Shown here in pieces: positions 8,879 through 18,925 of a stretch of 64,000 bases of DNA. Made by a program: the position numbers and the translations under genes. The notes beneath the pieces are model-generated. The model searched no databases. It was not told the DNA's origin and was given only the letters and a program-made list of their open reading frames with translations. The DNA is from an uncultured Armatimonadetes bacterium (GTDB lineage: Bacteria > Armatimonadota > Hebobacteria > Hebobacterales > Hebobacteraceae). The stretch lies in the NCBI GenBank assembly GCA_963716175.1, contig OY970296.1, positions 2,944,001 through 3,008,000 of the forward strand. The letters run 5' to 3'. The first letter of the stretch is position 1. Each line of letters starts with the position of its first letter.

Positions 8879-11698
8879 CTAGGGAGAGATCACCTGCGGC
8901 TCCAGGTCCGTCACCTTCACCCACCACAGCACCGGCGCCTGGTCCGCCGCGATCTTCACGCTCTGCATGCCAGGGGCCCCGATTGCCAGGAACCGCAGCG
9001 TCCAGCGCTGGCCTTGCTCCGTGCTTCCGATCCACTGCCACCCCCCGGGAGCCCCGTTCTGGATGCCATCGTAGTCCGCCAGCGCCACCCCGTTGACCGC
9101 TACTTTCGTGTTGTCATCGTCCCCGTCGCCGTTCTGGGCGCCGGCCCAGTTCTGCGCACACACCTGCACCCACAGCACCCCACTGGCCGCGAACTTGTAC
9201 TCCTGCCACCAGTAGACTGCGACGAGCTTGTTTATGGGATCCACCCAGTAGGGTCCGCCCAGAGAAGGGCCGCCCGCTCCCGCTGCGCGCCCCTGTGCCC
9301 GCTCGTTCGGGTGCACCTCCAGCACCACTGCTGGCGTCGGCCCCGCCTGGATGACGTACCCCATGGGCGGAACCGTGCCCCCCTCCGGCAGTGTCTGGGC
9401 GTGGTCGGCGAAGTTGACGGCGATGGTGGTGCCCGAGGACCAGATAGTGCGCTGAAGGGTATGATCACTGGTCAGGAACTCGTGGGAGAGCAACTCGTCG
9501 TAGCCGATCTGGCGCACGGTTGGGCAAACGCTGCGGTAGGACTGGACGAAGCGAGACTTGTACTGCTCCCAGACCCCGGGGCTGAGCATGAAGAGAGGCG
9601 GTGTGCCGTAGAGCAGGTTGAATAGATCTCGCTGATCCCACACTTCCGGAGCTTTGTTGGAGGAGTCTCCCCAGTACCAGTACGCAACCGTGCAGTCGTG
9701 GTAGACCAGCTCCCACAGCGGAACCCGGTAGTAAGGCCCCACCTGGTACTTCAGGAACTCGGGCGTGGGCGGCTTGTAGTCTATGAGCGTGTAGCCGGAG
9801 TCGGGCAGCCGGTATGGCCCGAGCGACATCATGCCTTCGTAGTAGTGCACGTAGGGAACCGAAGGGTCTATGCCAGTCTCGCTGCCCGTGACCTGGCTCA
9901 TGTCTTGGGAGCAGAACCGCAGCAGTTCCATCTTGTAGTTTCGGTCCTGGGTGCGAGAAGTCGGGTGGTCGGGGTTGTAGCACTCCTTCCAGTCCGCGGC
10001 GGTGGTGGTGTCAATGAAGCGACAGCGATATGGGGTTGTCGCCAGGTCCTCCGGGATGTGGATCTGGGAGTGCTCGAGGCCCCTCGGCGAGCAGATGACG
10101 CCTCCCGGATAGAGGGCCTCGCCATCGCGGATTACCCAGCCCGGCATGATGCTCCCATCGGGCAGCCAGATCAGGTCCTCTGGCCAGCCCTCGTGATTCG
10201 CCCAGGCCGGCGAGTCGGGGGGCCAGACATCCTGGTAGATGTCGTAACGGCTCGTCAGAACGCCGGGCATCGCGTTCATCGCGGCGACGTTCTCAGGAGA
10301 GGTGCCTTCGCTCCAGAGCATCCGCGCAATGCCCAGGGATCGCATCTCCGTCGCAAGACCGATCGGATCGGTGTTGCCGTACCAGTACGGAGCCCACACG
10401 TTGACCGCGCCGATAAGGAGGTCTACGTTCGGGTTGACCTCCCTCTTCTCGAGCAGCGACCGGTAGCGCCCTGTGTCCTGCGCCCACTGCCGGTAGCGCT
10501 TGGCCTGCGAGACGTAGCCGCCCGCAGCAAGGAAGACATAGGTCAGTGCTCGGCTGTAGGCAAAATCGCCGCGCGAGGGCTCCCACTCCGGCCAGATGCA
10601 CAGGTTGGCGTTCCCGCCCGCGTTTGGGCGGTCCATGCGGATATGCATATCATCCGGGTCCTCGATGATAGCCATGACGCCGGGGTCTTGCTCGCCGTCG
10701 CACTGCCCGAACCATGGCATCGAGATGCCGTGGCCCGAATAGCCAACCAGCCAAAGCGGCTCGACCGTCTCGTCATCGGCCGGGTAGATGATGCCCTCAT
10801 TCATCGGTACAACCAGCAACGAGCCGTCAGGCGCCAAGAAGGGCGCGGGGTAGGGCAGATTATGGACCATGGCGCCAGAGCCGCTCAGCTCACACCTGAA
10901 CTCGACCGCCGAGGGGATGATATCAACCTGCATTTGCACCTGGAGGTCGGATGCCGGTTCCCACAGGGTCACTGTCATGCCGTCGGCTTCAGCGTCCCGC
11001 TGTGCGTGCAGGACCACGGGCAAGCCGGAGATGGCGAGCTGGCTGTAGACGCGGCCGTTCCGGAGGTCCGTGCACGTGAACGTGGCCGACCCAGTGTGGA
11101 AGACGACAGTCAGCAGGCTGTTCCCGATCGCGATGTCCTCGGCCGGCCCTCTGATGTCTATGATGTTGCCTTCCTTCACCAGAGAGACGTCGTCGAACCA
11201 GGCTGTGCCCGGCCCCCAGCCCACGACACGAAGCTGGATCGTCGCGCAGTTGTCGGGCGCGACGAAGTGGGTCAGCACTTGCCTCCAGTCGTGTGTGCCC
11301 GAGCTATTGGCCGGGCCCAGGAGCCAGTCAATCACAGCCCCGTCAGTGTCACGGGCAACGACGCTGTAGTCCACCTCGCCATTGAGGTTGTCGCACTTGA
11401 TCCAGCCCGAGAGCTCGAAGATGTCGCCGCCGGTCACGCTCAGCAATGTGTCCTGCGTGACACACCAGTCTTGGTCCCCAGTGTGGGCGACTTGAAGGCA
11501 GAAGCTGCCGGAGTGCGCTCCCCCCACCTGCGAGGCGGTGGTCGTGCCCGGCTCTCGCTCCCACATCGAGGGCCAACCCACTGACAGCGGCTCCTCGAAA
11601 CCGGGGTTGACGGCCAGGTTCCCGGACTGGGCAGAGCAGACACCGGGTAGCACGCTCACGACCACGAGCGCCGCCAGCAAGGGTGCGAGTCGCATCAT
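8879..11698 (-). CDS. Secreted CBM4/9-like + putative glycoside hydrolase (GH129/GH101-like) + shared C-terminal domain
   Basis: NLAVNPGFEE...AHSG...WFDDVSL CBM signature. Catalytic-type region with FIDTTTA, GSETG and VPLWELVYHD. GH family assignment is tentative. Confidence 0.7.
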   Translation of the reverse strand: MMRLAPLLAALVVVSVLPGVCSAQSGNLAVNPGFEEPLSVGWPSMWEREPGTTTASQVGGAHSGSFCLQVAHTGDQDWCVTQDTLLSVTGGDIFELSGWIKCDNLNGEVDYSVVARDTDGAVIDWLLGPANSSGTHDWRQVLTHFVAPDNCATIQLRVVGWGPGTAWFDDVSLVKEGNIIDIRGPAEDIAIGNSLLTVVFHTGSATFTCTDLRNGRVYSQLAISGLPVVLHAQRDAEADGMTVTLWEPASDLQVQMQVDIIPSAVEFRCELSGSGAMVHNLPYPAPFLAPDGSLLVVPMNEGIIYPADDETVEPLWLVGYSGHGISMPWFGQCDGEQDPGVMAIIEDPDDMHIRMDRPNAGGNANLCIWPEWEPSRGDFAYSRALTYVFLAAGGYVSQAKRYRQWAQDTGRYRSLLEKREVNPNVDLLIGAVNVWAPYWYGNTDPIGLATEMRSLGIARMLWSEGTSPENVAAMNAMPGVLTSRYDIYQDVWPPDSPAWANHEGWPEDLIWLPDGSIMPGWVIRDGEALYPGGVICSPRGLEHSQIHIPEDLATTPYRCRFIDTTTAADWKECYNPDHPTSRTQDRNYKMELLRFCSQDMSQVTGSETGIDPSVPYVHYYEGMMSLGPYRLPDSGYTLIDYKPPTPEFLKYQVGPYYRVPLWELVYHDCTVAYWYWGDSSNKAPEVWDQRDLFNLLYGTPPLFMLSPGVWEQYKSRFVQSYRSVCPTVRQIGYDELLSHEFLTSDHTLQRTIWSSGTTIAVNFADHAQTLPEGGTVPPMGYVIQAGPTPAVVLEVHPNERAQGRAAGAGGPSLGGPYWVDPINKLVAVYWWQEYKFAASGVLWVQVCAQNWAGAQNGDGDDDNTKVAVNGVALADYDGIQNGAPGGWQWIGSTEQGQRWTLRFLAIGAPGMQSVKIAADQAPVLWWVKVTDLEPQVISP

Positions 11699-11944
11699 CG
11701 GCCTCCGAATGAGTCAGGTGACGCGCCCAATCAGTGCGAAGTTTACCACAGATGACAGCAAAATGCGCCTGGCATGCGCCGCCAGCTGCGCGGGGCGCCT
11801 CCTGCTACGGTATCACCAGGCCCCGCCACGCCTGAGAACCCTTGACAATAACAGACGTCAGCAGTTGCCGGCCTCAAGGCCCTTGCGTGTTCGCCACCCC
11901 GAGGCTAACATAGGGCCAATCAAGCGCTATGCGCGGGCAGAGTC

Positions 11945-12030
11945 AGGATATCCCGGGGGGATGGAGCGCGCGGCACCATAGGTCTTCCCGCCCATATGCT
12001 GGAGCCGTGGATCCCCCCCGGGGATATCCT
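11945..12030 (+). promoter_or_regulatory. Long inverted repeat in the 5' leader next to the RBS
   Basis: AGGATATCCCGGGGGGAT (11945-11962) pairs with ATCCCCCCCGGGGATATCCT (12011-12030). GGAGG RBS and ATG 12044 follow. Confidence 0.5.
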
Positions 12031-12043
12031 CAGGGAGGCGAAG

Positions 12044-15000
12044 ATGCGCGGTGTTTGGCTAGGAGCCGTTGTCCTCTTCCTGCTGGTTCTTTCCCCTGCT
12101 CTGGCTCTTGCGGACCTCTACGTCATCTCCGACTTCGAGGGCGAGGCCGACCTGGCGAATTGGGGGGCCTGGGGCTGCGTAGACCCTTGCCCGGATCCGG
12201 GGGCGCCCATGCCGGCGATCCCCTCCCTGTATGCAGGATACGCCACTGATGGCAGCTACAGCTGCCGCCTGGAGCTGCCGGCAGCGGACTATCCTGGCCT
12301 GTACCTGAGCACCTTTCCCATGAACGACTGGTCGGCCTACGATGTGGTCCGGCTGGATGTCTACAACCCCAACTCGTTCGCGGTGACCATCAATCTGGAG
12401 ATGGGTGACTCGCAGACCGGCTGGCAGAAGCGCTACGACTCGGGGCGAGCGATCATCCCAGGGCTCAATCACCTGGAGGTTGATCTCCACACTTTGGCCC
12501 GCAATGATGGCAGTGGGAACGTGGAGCCGGCGGACATCCAGCACTTCAGCTTCTGGTTCGCAGGTTACAGTTCGACCATCTTCGTCTACATGGACTACGT
12601 CCGCCTGGAGACGGTTCACGATGACCCTGGAGCCGACGCCGCCCGGAACATCTGGAAGTTCGACTTCGGCACCGCCACCTCACCCCGGTGGAGAGACTTC
12701 TTCCGGGTAACCGAGTCGGACAGCGACAACTACCCAGTGGATCCGACCACCATGCCTTCCGGATGGGTCTATAGCCAGGCGGATCAGATTCGTGTCAGCG
12801 GCGACTACGGCGGTCCGGATGACATGACCCGCGATTTCGTGCGGGGGATCCCCTGCAGCAACGTCTGTTACCCTGGTGACTCCGATCTCGACTTCCGGGT
12901 GGACGTGCCCAATGACAGCTACACGGTCTATGTGATTACCCGGTCGGGCAATCCCAGCGCCATGCCGGTGAGGAACTGGCAAGTCTGGGCGGAAGGGGCG
13001 CTCCAGGTGGATGTGCCGATGGATTCGGGCACCTTCTACAGCACTAGCTACTACTACCGGGGCATGGACGAGGACTACCCGCTGAGCCGATCCGCCTGGG
13101 AGCAGTTTGAAAACGCCAACTTCCCCGCCTATAGCTTCACCACTGGCGTCACCGACGGCAGCCTCGACCTGCATTTCGTCCAGTGCTGGCTCTATGCCCT
13201 GATAGTCTACCCCACCGACCTCGCGGGTGAGATGAGCACCCGGATCGCGGACTGGGAGGCCCAACGGCAGGTGCAGTTCGAGACCGCCTATTACATCAAC
13301 GCGCCGCAGGACCTCACTTTCACACCTACCGGCGAGGAGGCCCTGCGCGGCTACGCCGCCTGGCCGGTGGCGACCATGGATGCCTGCTACCCGGACACCC
13401 TGCCGCCCTCCCCGCGGCCCGCGTTGGCGCTCAGCGCTGCGGCCTCTCAGGGCGAGTACCGGTCGCTCAGCTTCGCCATTCGGCCCCTCAACGAGCTCAC
13501 CGATGTCTCCCTCCAGGTGAGCGACCTGAGCGACGGGCATGGGCATACTATCCCCAGCGCGGAGATCGAGCGGCGGCATGTGCGCTACATGGCGACTGCC
13601 GATAGCGAGGTTTTCGGTTCCGGAGTGCTGACCTGGAAGCCGCGGCTGCTGCAGAGCAACTTCCCCATCGCGGTTGCCAGCCAGGTGACCAAGCAGTTTT
13701 GGCTCACCGTACACGTACCGGTGGGCACTCCTGCCGGGACCTACGCCGGCACGGTCACGCTGAACACCTCGGCTCAGGCGCTGGTGCTGCCGCTGACGGT
13801 GGTAGTCTGGCCCTTTCAGTTGGACGCGGCGAACGACATGGCCTATGGCTGGTACTACATGTCGCCAGACCAACGCTACTGCTACGAGTTCTTTCCGGAT
13901 ATGGCGAGCGCGGGGGACGACATGCTCCGTCTCGACTTCGCGGATATGAGGAAGCACGGCTTCAACTCCCTTCAGTTCCCATGCCCGTGCTGCCTGGATA
14001 TCAACCCCACTAGCGGCCACGTGGGCACGCTGGACTTCACCGAGCCCAATCGCTACCTGGCGGCCATGGGTGATGCCGGCTTCGGCGGGGCCTGGAAGGG
14101 CCAGGTGGTGACGATCGACCTCGCCAACCGTATCCGTGAGTACAGCTCCGTGAGCGAGTTCGACACCAACTTCAACAACGCGTACAAGGATGTCATCGAG
14201 CAGGATCTTGGCCTGGGGAAATACAGTGGGCACTCCGCTGGTGATGTGCCTCTTGGACGAGCCCCGGGAGAGCGGGATCCAACCGTGGAACCGTAACTTC
14301 GCGGACACCATGCAGTACTGCGACCTCGCCCATCAGGTCGCCGGGGCCACCACTACCGTGACCGTGATGCGGGACGACCAAGAGGGGGTGGACTACACCC
14401 CGCTGGCGGATGCCCTGGACATCATGCAGACCCACCCCTGGTCGAACTCAGCCGGGTTGATCAGCGGTTCCCTCTCTCAGGGCAAGCCGATCTGGTTCTA
14501 CAACACCGGCGGCAACCTGCGCCTCGTATACGGTTTCTACCAGCTCAAGTGGCCCAGTGACGGCGCCTGGGAATGGCACTACGACTGGCTCGACAGCGAC
14601 GTCTTCGATCCTTTCCCCTACAGCCCGTTCAACAATCACTGGCGCTACACCTATCCCTCGTCGGCTGGCCCGGTGGCCACGCTCAAGTACGAGTGGGCGA
14701 GCCAGGGGATCACCGACTACCGCTACGCCGCCACCCTCGATCGCCTTTCCCGCGAGGCGCGGGCGACCGGCCTGCCTGCTTTCATCGCCTGGGCCGATGG
14801 CGCAGACGCGCTGCTGCAGTCGCTCAGAGATGACGTGCCCGAGTACCCGATCAGCGGCGGGGACTGGTACACTGGTCAGACTCAGCACTTCGCTGGCATC
14901 CCGGAGGGTCCGGGCTGTCTCACCATGGTCGAGCAGGCGCTAGATAGCTATCGGCAGCGCATCAGCGAGATGATCATGTCTCAGCCGACTGCTCAGCCGG

Positions 15001-15470
15001 CCGTGGTGCCCCAGGTTCTCCTCGAAGTCCACCCGAACGAGCGGGCACCGGGGCGCGCGGCGGGAGCGGGCGGCGCCTCTCTGGGCGGACCCTACTGGGT
15101 GGATCCCATAGGCAAGCTCGTCGCAGTCTACTGGTGGCAGGAGTACAAGTTCGCGGCCAGTGGGGTGCTGTGGGTGCAGGTATGTGCGCAGAACTGGACC
15201 GGCACCCAGAATGGCGACGGGGACGATGACAACACGAAAGTGGCGGTGAACGGGGTGGCGCTGGCGGACTACGATGGCATCCAGAATGGGCCTCCCGGGG
15301 GGTGGCAGTGGATCGGCGCCACGGAGGCGGGCCAGCGCTGGACGCTACGGTTCCTGGCCGTTGGCGCCCCTGGGATGCAGAGCGTGAAGATCGCCGCAGA
15401 CCAGGCGCCGGTGCTGTGGTGGGTGAAGGTGACGGACCTGGAGCCGCAGGTGATCAGCCCATTCGAGTAG
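12044..15470 (+). pseudogene. Secreted CBM-like + GH123/DUF4091-like glycoside hydrolase + shared C-terminal domain; frameshift near 14198 (real or assembly error)
   Basis: ORFs 11996-14296 and 14190-15470 overlap. Removing one G near 14198 joins KDVI to SRILAW. Motifs QFWLTVHVP..TPAGTYAG, LDEP, IWFYN and YEWASQGITDYRY. Confidence 0.7.
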
Positions 15471-15732
15471 CCTGGACTTCACGGCCCAGCGTGCTCTGCC
15501 GGCAGGGACGAAGGCTGCTCCATCTCTCAAGATCCGATGGGACGGCCTGCGCTTGTCAACAGGCAATGAGCCCCCTATGCTGTCCAGAGACTCATCTGCC
15601 ATCCAGACCCTGTCACAGCCCATCTGATGCTGTTCCGTGCACTCGCTGAGACCCCTAGTCTGGGAGACACAGAGGATGGGCGCGGAGGTCAGACGGGGTG
15701 CGGCGGTCATACAGCGGCGAGTGGTCCCGAGG

Positions 15733-16656
15733 CTAGCCTTCCTCATCGCCGGCTGGCCCGAGCATCCCCTCCAGCTTCTCCACCGCGGCCAGCTTGGTGC
15801 GTACATCGGAATGCAGGTATCTCGCCGTCGTCCCGATGTCTGCGTGCCCCAGCAGCTCCTGCACCGTGCGGATGTCGGCACCGGAGCGAATGAGGTGGGT
15901 GGCGAAGGTATGGCGTAGTCTGTGGGGGGTGATGCCTTTGCCCGCGAGCCCGGCTTTCCCGAGCGTGCGCTGGAGCATCCGGCTGATGGCTCTGCCGCAG
16001 ATGGGCTCTCCGAACTGACTCACGAACAACCGGTGGCTCTGAGTCTGGACTCGGTGGGGGAGGTACTGCTCGATGGCAGCCACGGCCTGATCGGCCAGAG
16101 GCACTACTCTCTCCTTCGCCCCCTTCCCGTGCACCAGGAGCTGCCGGTTCTCCAGGTCCAGATCCTCCAGGCTGATCTGGGCGATCTCGCTGCGCCGCAG
16201 GCCGGTGGAGAGCAGCAGCACCACCAAGCACTTATGCCAGGGGCGCTGGGCGGCCTCCAGCAACCGCTGGGCATCTGCTTCCGTGAGCGTCACCGGGACC
16301 TGCTGTTCGAGTCTGGGCAGAGGCAGCCTGCGGGCGGGATTGCCCGAGACATGGCCCATGTCCTGGAGGAAGCCAAACAAGGAGGACAACACCCAGAGCT
16401 TCCGTCTCACCGTCAGGGGTGCTCGCTGTGACAGGCTCACCGCGAACTGCATCACTTGCTGGCGCGTGATCTGACCGGGAGGGGGCAGCTGGCTCAGGCG
16501 CTGGGAGAGGAACTCCGAGAAGGCGCGCAAGTCGCGGCGGTAAGCCTTGACGGAGATAGGAGCGCAACTGCGATAGCCCTTCAGATACTCCAGGAACATC
16601 GCCACCGCCTCCTCAAAGGAGAGCGTGTGGGCCTCGGCGTCGTGGGCAGCGGTCAT
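15733..16656 (-). CDS. Tyrosine recombinase, XerC/D-like
   Basis: TGLRRSE (R), GKGAKER (K), HRLRHTFAT (HxxR), LLGH and TARY catalytic residues; N-terminal SAM-like domain. Confidence 0.95.
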   Translation of the reverse strand: MTAAHDAEAHTLSFEEAVAMFLEYLKGYRSCAPISVKAYRRDLRAFSEFLSQRLSQLPPPGQITRQQVMQFAVSLSQRAPLTVRRKLWVLSSLFGFLQDMGHVSGNPARRLPLPRLEQQVPVTLTEADAQRLLEAAQRPWHKCLVVLLLSTGLRRSEIAQISLEDLDLENRQLLVHGKGAKERVVPLADQAVAAIEQYLPHRVQTQSHRLFVSQFGEPICGRAISRMLQRTLGKAGLAGKGITPHRLRHTFATHLIRSGADIRTVQELLGHADIGTTARYLHSDVRTKLAAVEKLEGMLGPAGDEEG

Positions 16657-17618
16657 GGCTGTGCTCCCTCCTCTGGCTGCGGAACGCTCTCTCCGAGCAG
16701 CCCCGTCAGCCTCCCGACGGCCGCCAGCTTGGTCCGCACATCCGAGTGCAGGTAGCGGGCCGTCGTCCCCAGGTCGGCATGGCCCAGCAACTCCTGCACG
16801 GTGCGCACGTCCACGCCCTTGTGGATGAGCTGGGTGGCGAAGGTGTGGCGCAGCTTGTGAGGGGTAATCCCCTGGCCCGCCAGCCCCGCCTTCTCCAGGA
16901 TCTCATCGAGCGCCGCGTTGATCACGTGGCCTCGGAGGGGTTGCCCACGGGAGTTCACAAAGAGCCGGCGGCTCGGGGTGTGGGGCCGGTGGGGCAGGTA
17001 CTGCTGGATGGCCGCCACGGCCTGACGGGTGAGGGGGACGATGCGCTGCTTGGCTCCCTTTCCGTGCACCAGCAGCTGCCGGTTGGTCAGGTCCACGTCC
17101 TCCAGGCTGATCAGCACCGCTTCGCCTCTGCGGATGCCCGTCGCCAGCAGCAGCATGATGAGGCACCGATGCCAGGGCAGTTCGGCCGCCGCCAGCAGTT
17201 GCTGCGCCTGCTCCTCTGAGAGCGTCACCGGTATGTGCTGCTCCAGCTTCGGGAGCGGCAGCCTCTTGGCGGGATTGCCCTGGAGATAGCCCATATCCTG
17301 GAGGAAGCCGAAGAAGGAGGAGAGACAGGCCAACTTGCTGCGCACCGTGATCGGGGACCAGTGCGACAGGGAGACCGCGTACTGGATCACCAGCTGGCGC
17401 GTGATCGCAGCTGGAGCTGGCAGCGGCCCGGGCTGGGAGGCGAGGAACTGCTGGAAGTTGCGCAGGGTCGTGGCATAGGCTTGGACAGAGGCAGGAGCGC
17501 AACTGCGGTAGCTCCGCAGGTACTCCAGGAACATCGGCACCGCCTGCTCCAAGGGGAGCTCGTTCCCTGTGGAGGGCGGCGCGGCACGGGCCGCTTGGGC
17601 CTGGGCGAGAGTGGTCAT
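16653..17618 (-). CDS. Tyrosine recombinase, XerC/D-like (paralog of the adjacent gene)
   Basis: TGIRRGE, GKGAKQR, HKLRHTFAT, LLGH, TARY. RBS GAGGAGG before ATG 17618; 4-bp overlap with the downstream paralog. Confidence 0.95.
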   Translation of the reverse strand: MTTLAQAQAARAAPPSTGNELPLEQAVPMFLEYLRSYRSCAPASVQAYATTLRNFQQFLASQPGPLPAPAAITRQLVIQYAVSLSHWSPITVRSKLACLSSFFGFLQDMGYLQGNPAKRLPLPKLEQHIPVTLSEEQAQQLLAAAELPWHRCLIMLLLATGIRRGEAVLISLEDVDLTNRQLLVHGKGAKQRIVPLTRQAVAAIQQYLPHRPHTPSRRLFVNSRGQPLRGHVINAALDEILEKAGLAGQGITPHKLRHTFATQLIHKGVDVRTVQELLGHADLGTTARYLHSDVRTKLAAVGRLTGLLGESVPQPEEGAQP

Positions 17619-17815
17619 GCACGCCTCCTCTGGTGGATGGTTGCGGCATGACATGAATCACTTCAAGCGGCGAACAAGTCCAGGCCTTTGTGCAAGTATT
17701 CTGTGGGGTGGGCCCTAGTGCGGGTATTTTGTACCCCCTCGATTTCGGGCCAGGATGGCTCTAGGAGCCATGAAAAGGGTGGAGTGGGCCGATAAGCCGA
17801 GGTCGCGATTGAATG

Positions 17816-18045
17816 GTAGAGGATGAGTAGAGGTTAGGTGGAGGATTTCGGGCGCTGTGGGCGGTTTGCCGGCTTTCCGGGCACGACATCAAGTTGCGGC
17901 GAACGGGACTGAACGGCTGCAGGACGCCGCGTGAGAGGATTCCGCAGCGCCGCTTTCATGTCCGGGCGACTCCGCGCGAAGTAGAGGATCAGTAGAGGAT
18001 CGGTAGAGGTTGAGTAGGGGATCTGGGCCTCGCGGAGTAGAGGAT
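17816..18045 (+). repeat. Array of 9-bp direct repeats (GTAGAGGAT consensus) with 11-bp spacing
   Basis: Copies start at 17816, 17827, 17838; 17981, 17992, 18003, 18014; and 18037. Partial GAGAGGAT at 17933. Confidence 0.9.
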
Positions 18046-18319
18046 CGGCCAGGTCTCCGCCACCAAGGCCTCACCCAAGGCATCGTCACAAGCGGAGCAG
18101 CGTACAGATCCCGCGCTGGCATGATGATGCCGGCACCTGACGCCGACGGGCCGCAGCCGCGATCGGGCCGCTCGCATCGCCGGTCGGCTTCTGCCATCGC
18201 CTCCCAACTCGACGCGGTCGCTGTGCTCGCGCGGTGGCCTGAGCGACAGGCGGACGATCCGACCCAACCCTTCTCCCTCGCATGGGCGACCAGGATGCGG
18301 AGGTCGCACTAGGAGGCTC

Positions 18320-18349
18320 TTGACATCGGCTTGTGATATAGGCTATAGT
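18320..18349 (+). promoter_or_regulatory. Sigma70-like promoter of the HTH/terminase operon
   Basis: TTGACA-18 nt-TATAGT, 30 nt before ATG 18379. Confidence 0.65.
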
Positions 18350-18378
18350 GCATAAGACCCATACTCAGGGGTTCGGCA

Positions 18379-18906
18379 ATGACCGAGAAACAGATCGGCA
18401 AGAGGCTTCGCAAACTGCGCAAGAAGCGGCGTCTGCGCCAGCAGGATCTAGCGCTCGCGATTGAGGGCATCGACGCGGTGGTGGTGTCACGCTGGGAGAA
18501 CGGGGAGGGCCTGCGGCGCTTTATCCGCCACGCGCCCGAGCTCATGGTGCTGCTGGGCCCCGATGTCTGGCGGCTGGTGTACCAAGCAGCCGACACCATC
18601 CATCGCCGAGACGACTGGGAGTGGGTCGGCCCCATCGCCAAAGCGCTCACCGACCTCTTGCGAGAGAAGACTCTGCGCGTGCGGGCCCGGGCACGGGCAG
18701 AGAGATGGATGCTTCCTGACTTCCCCACTCTGGAGGAGGTGGCGGAGCGGCTCGGCAGGAAGGAACCGCTGTCGTTGATGGACCAGCTCCACCTCTCGGA
18801 CGCCATCTGGTGCACGGACATCACCCGGGGGTGGCAGTTGACGGAGCAGCAACGTAGGGCGGCCACCCGCGCCCACCGGCGCACGACCAGGCCGCCGGAT
18901 CTCTAG
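18379..18906 (+). CDS. XRE-family HTH protein
   Basis: IGKRLRKLRKKRRLRQQDLA...VVSRWENG. Confidence 0.75.
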   Translation: MTEKQIGKRLRKLRKKRRLRQQDLALAIEGIDAVVVSRWENGEGLRRFIRHAPELMVLLGPDVWRLVYQAADTIHRRDDWEWVGPIAKALTDLLREKTLRVRARARAERWMLPDFPTLEEVAERLGRKEPLSLMDQLHLSDAIWCTDITRGWQLTEQQRRAATRAHRRTTRPPDL

Positions 18907-18925
18907 CTCATATCAGCCGTCGGTC

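Larger units (their letters stand above)
4443..15470. repeat. Five dispersed ~450-bp copies of one C-terminal domain: 4443-4898(-), 5138-5587(-), 7173-7625(-), 8879-9328(-), 15015-15470(+)
   Basis: Long identical DNA stretches, e.g. CCAGGCGCCGGTGCTGTGGTGGGTGAAGGTGACGGACCTGGAG in four copies. Confidence 0.97.

Noticed and set aside
4443-15470. Diversity-generating retroelement (TR/VR) as the source of the repeated C-termini
   Set aside because: No reverse transcriptase in the window, all copies are coding, and differences are not confined to adenines.
17816-18045. CRISPR array
   Set aside because: Repeats are 9 bp with 2-bp gaps; there are no spacers and no cas genes.
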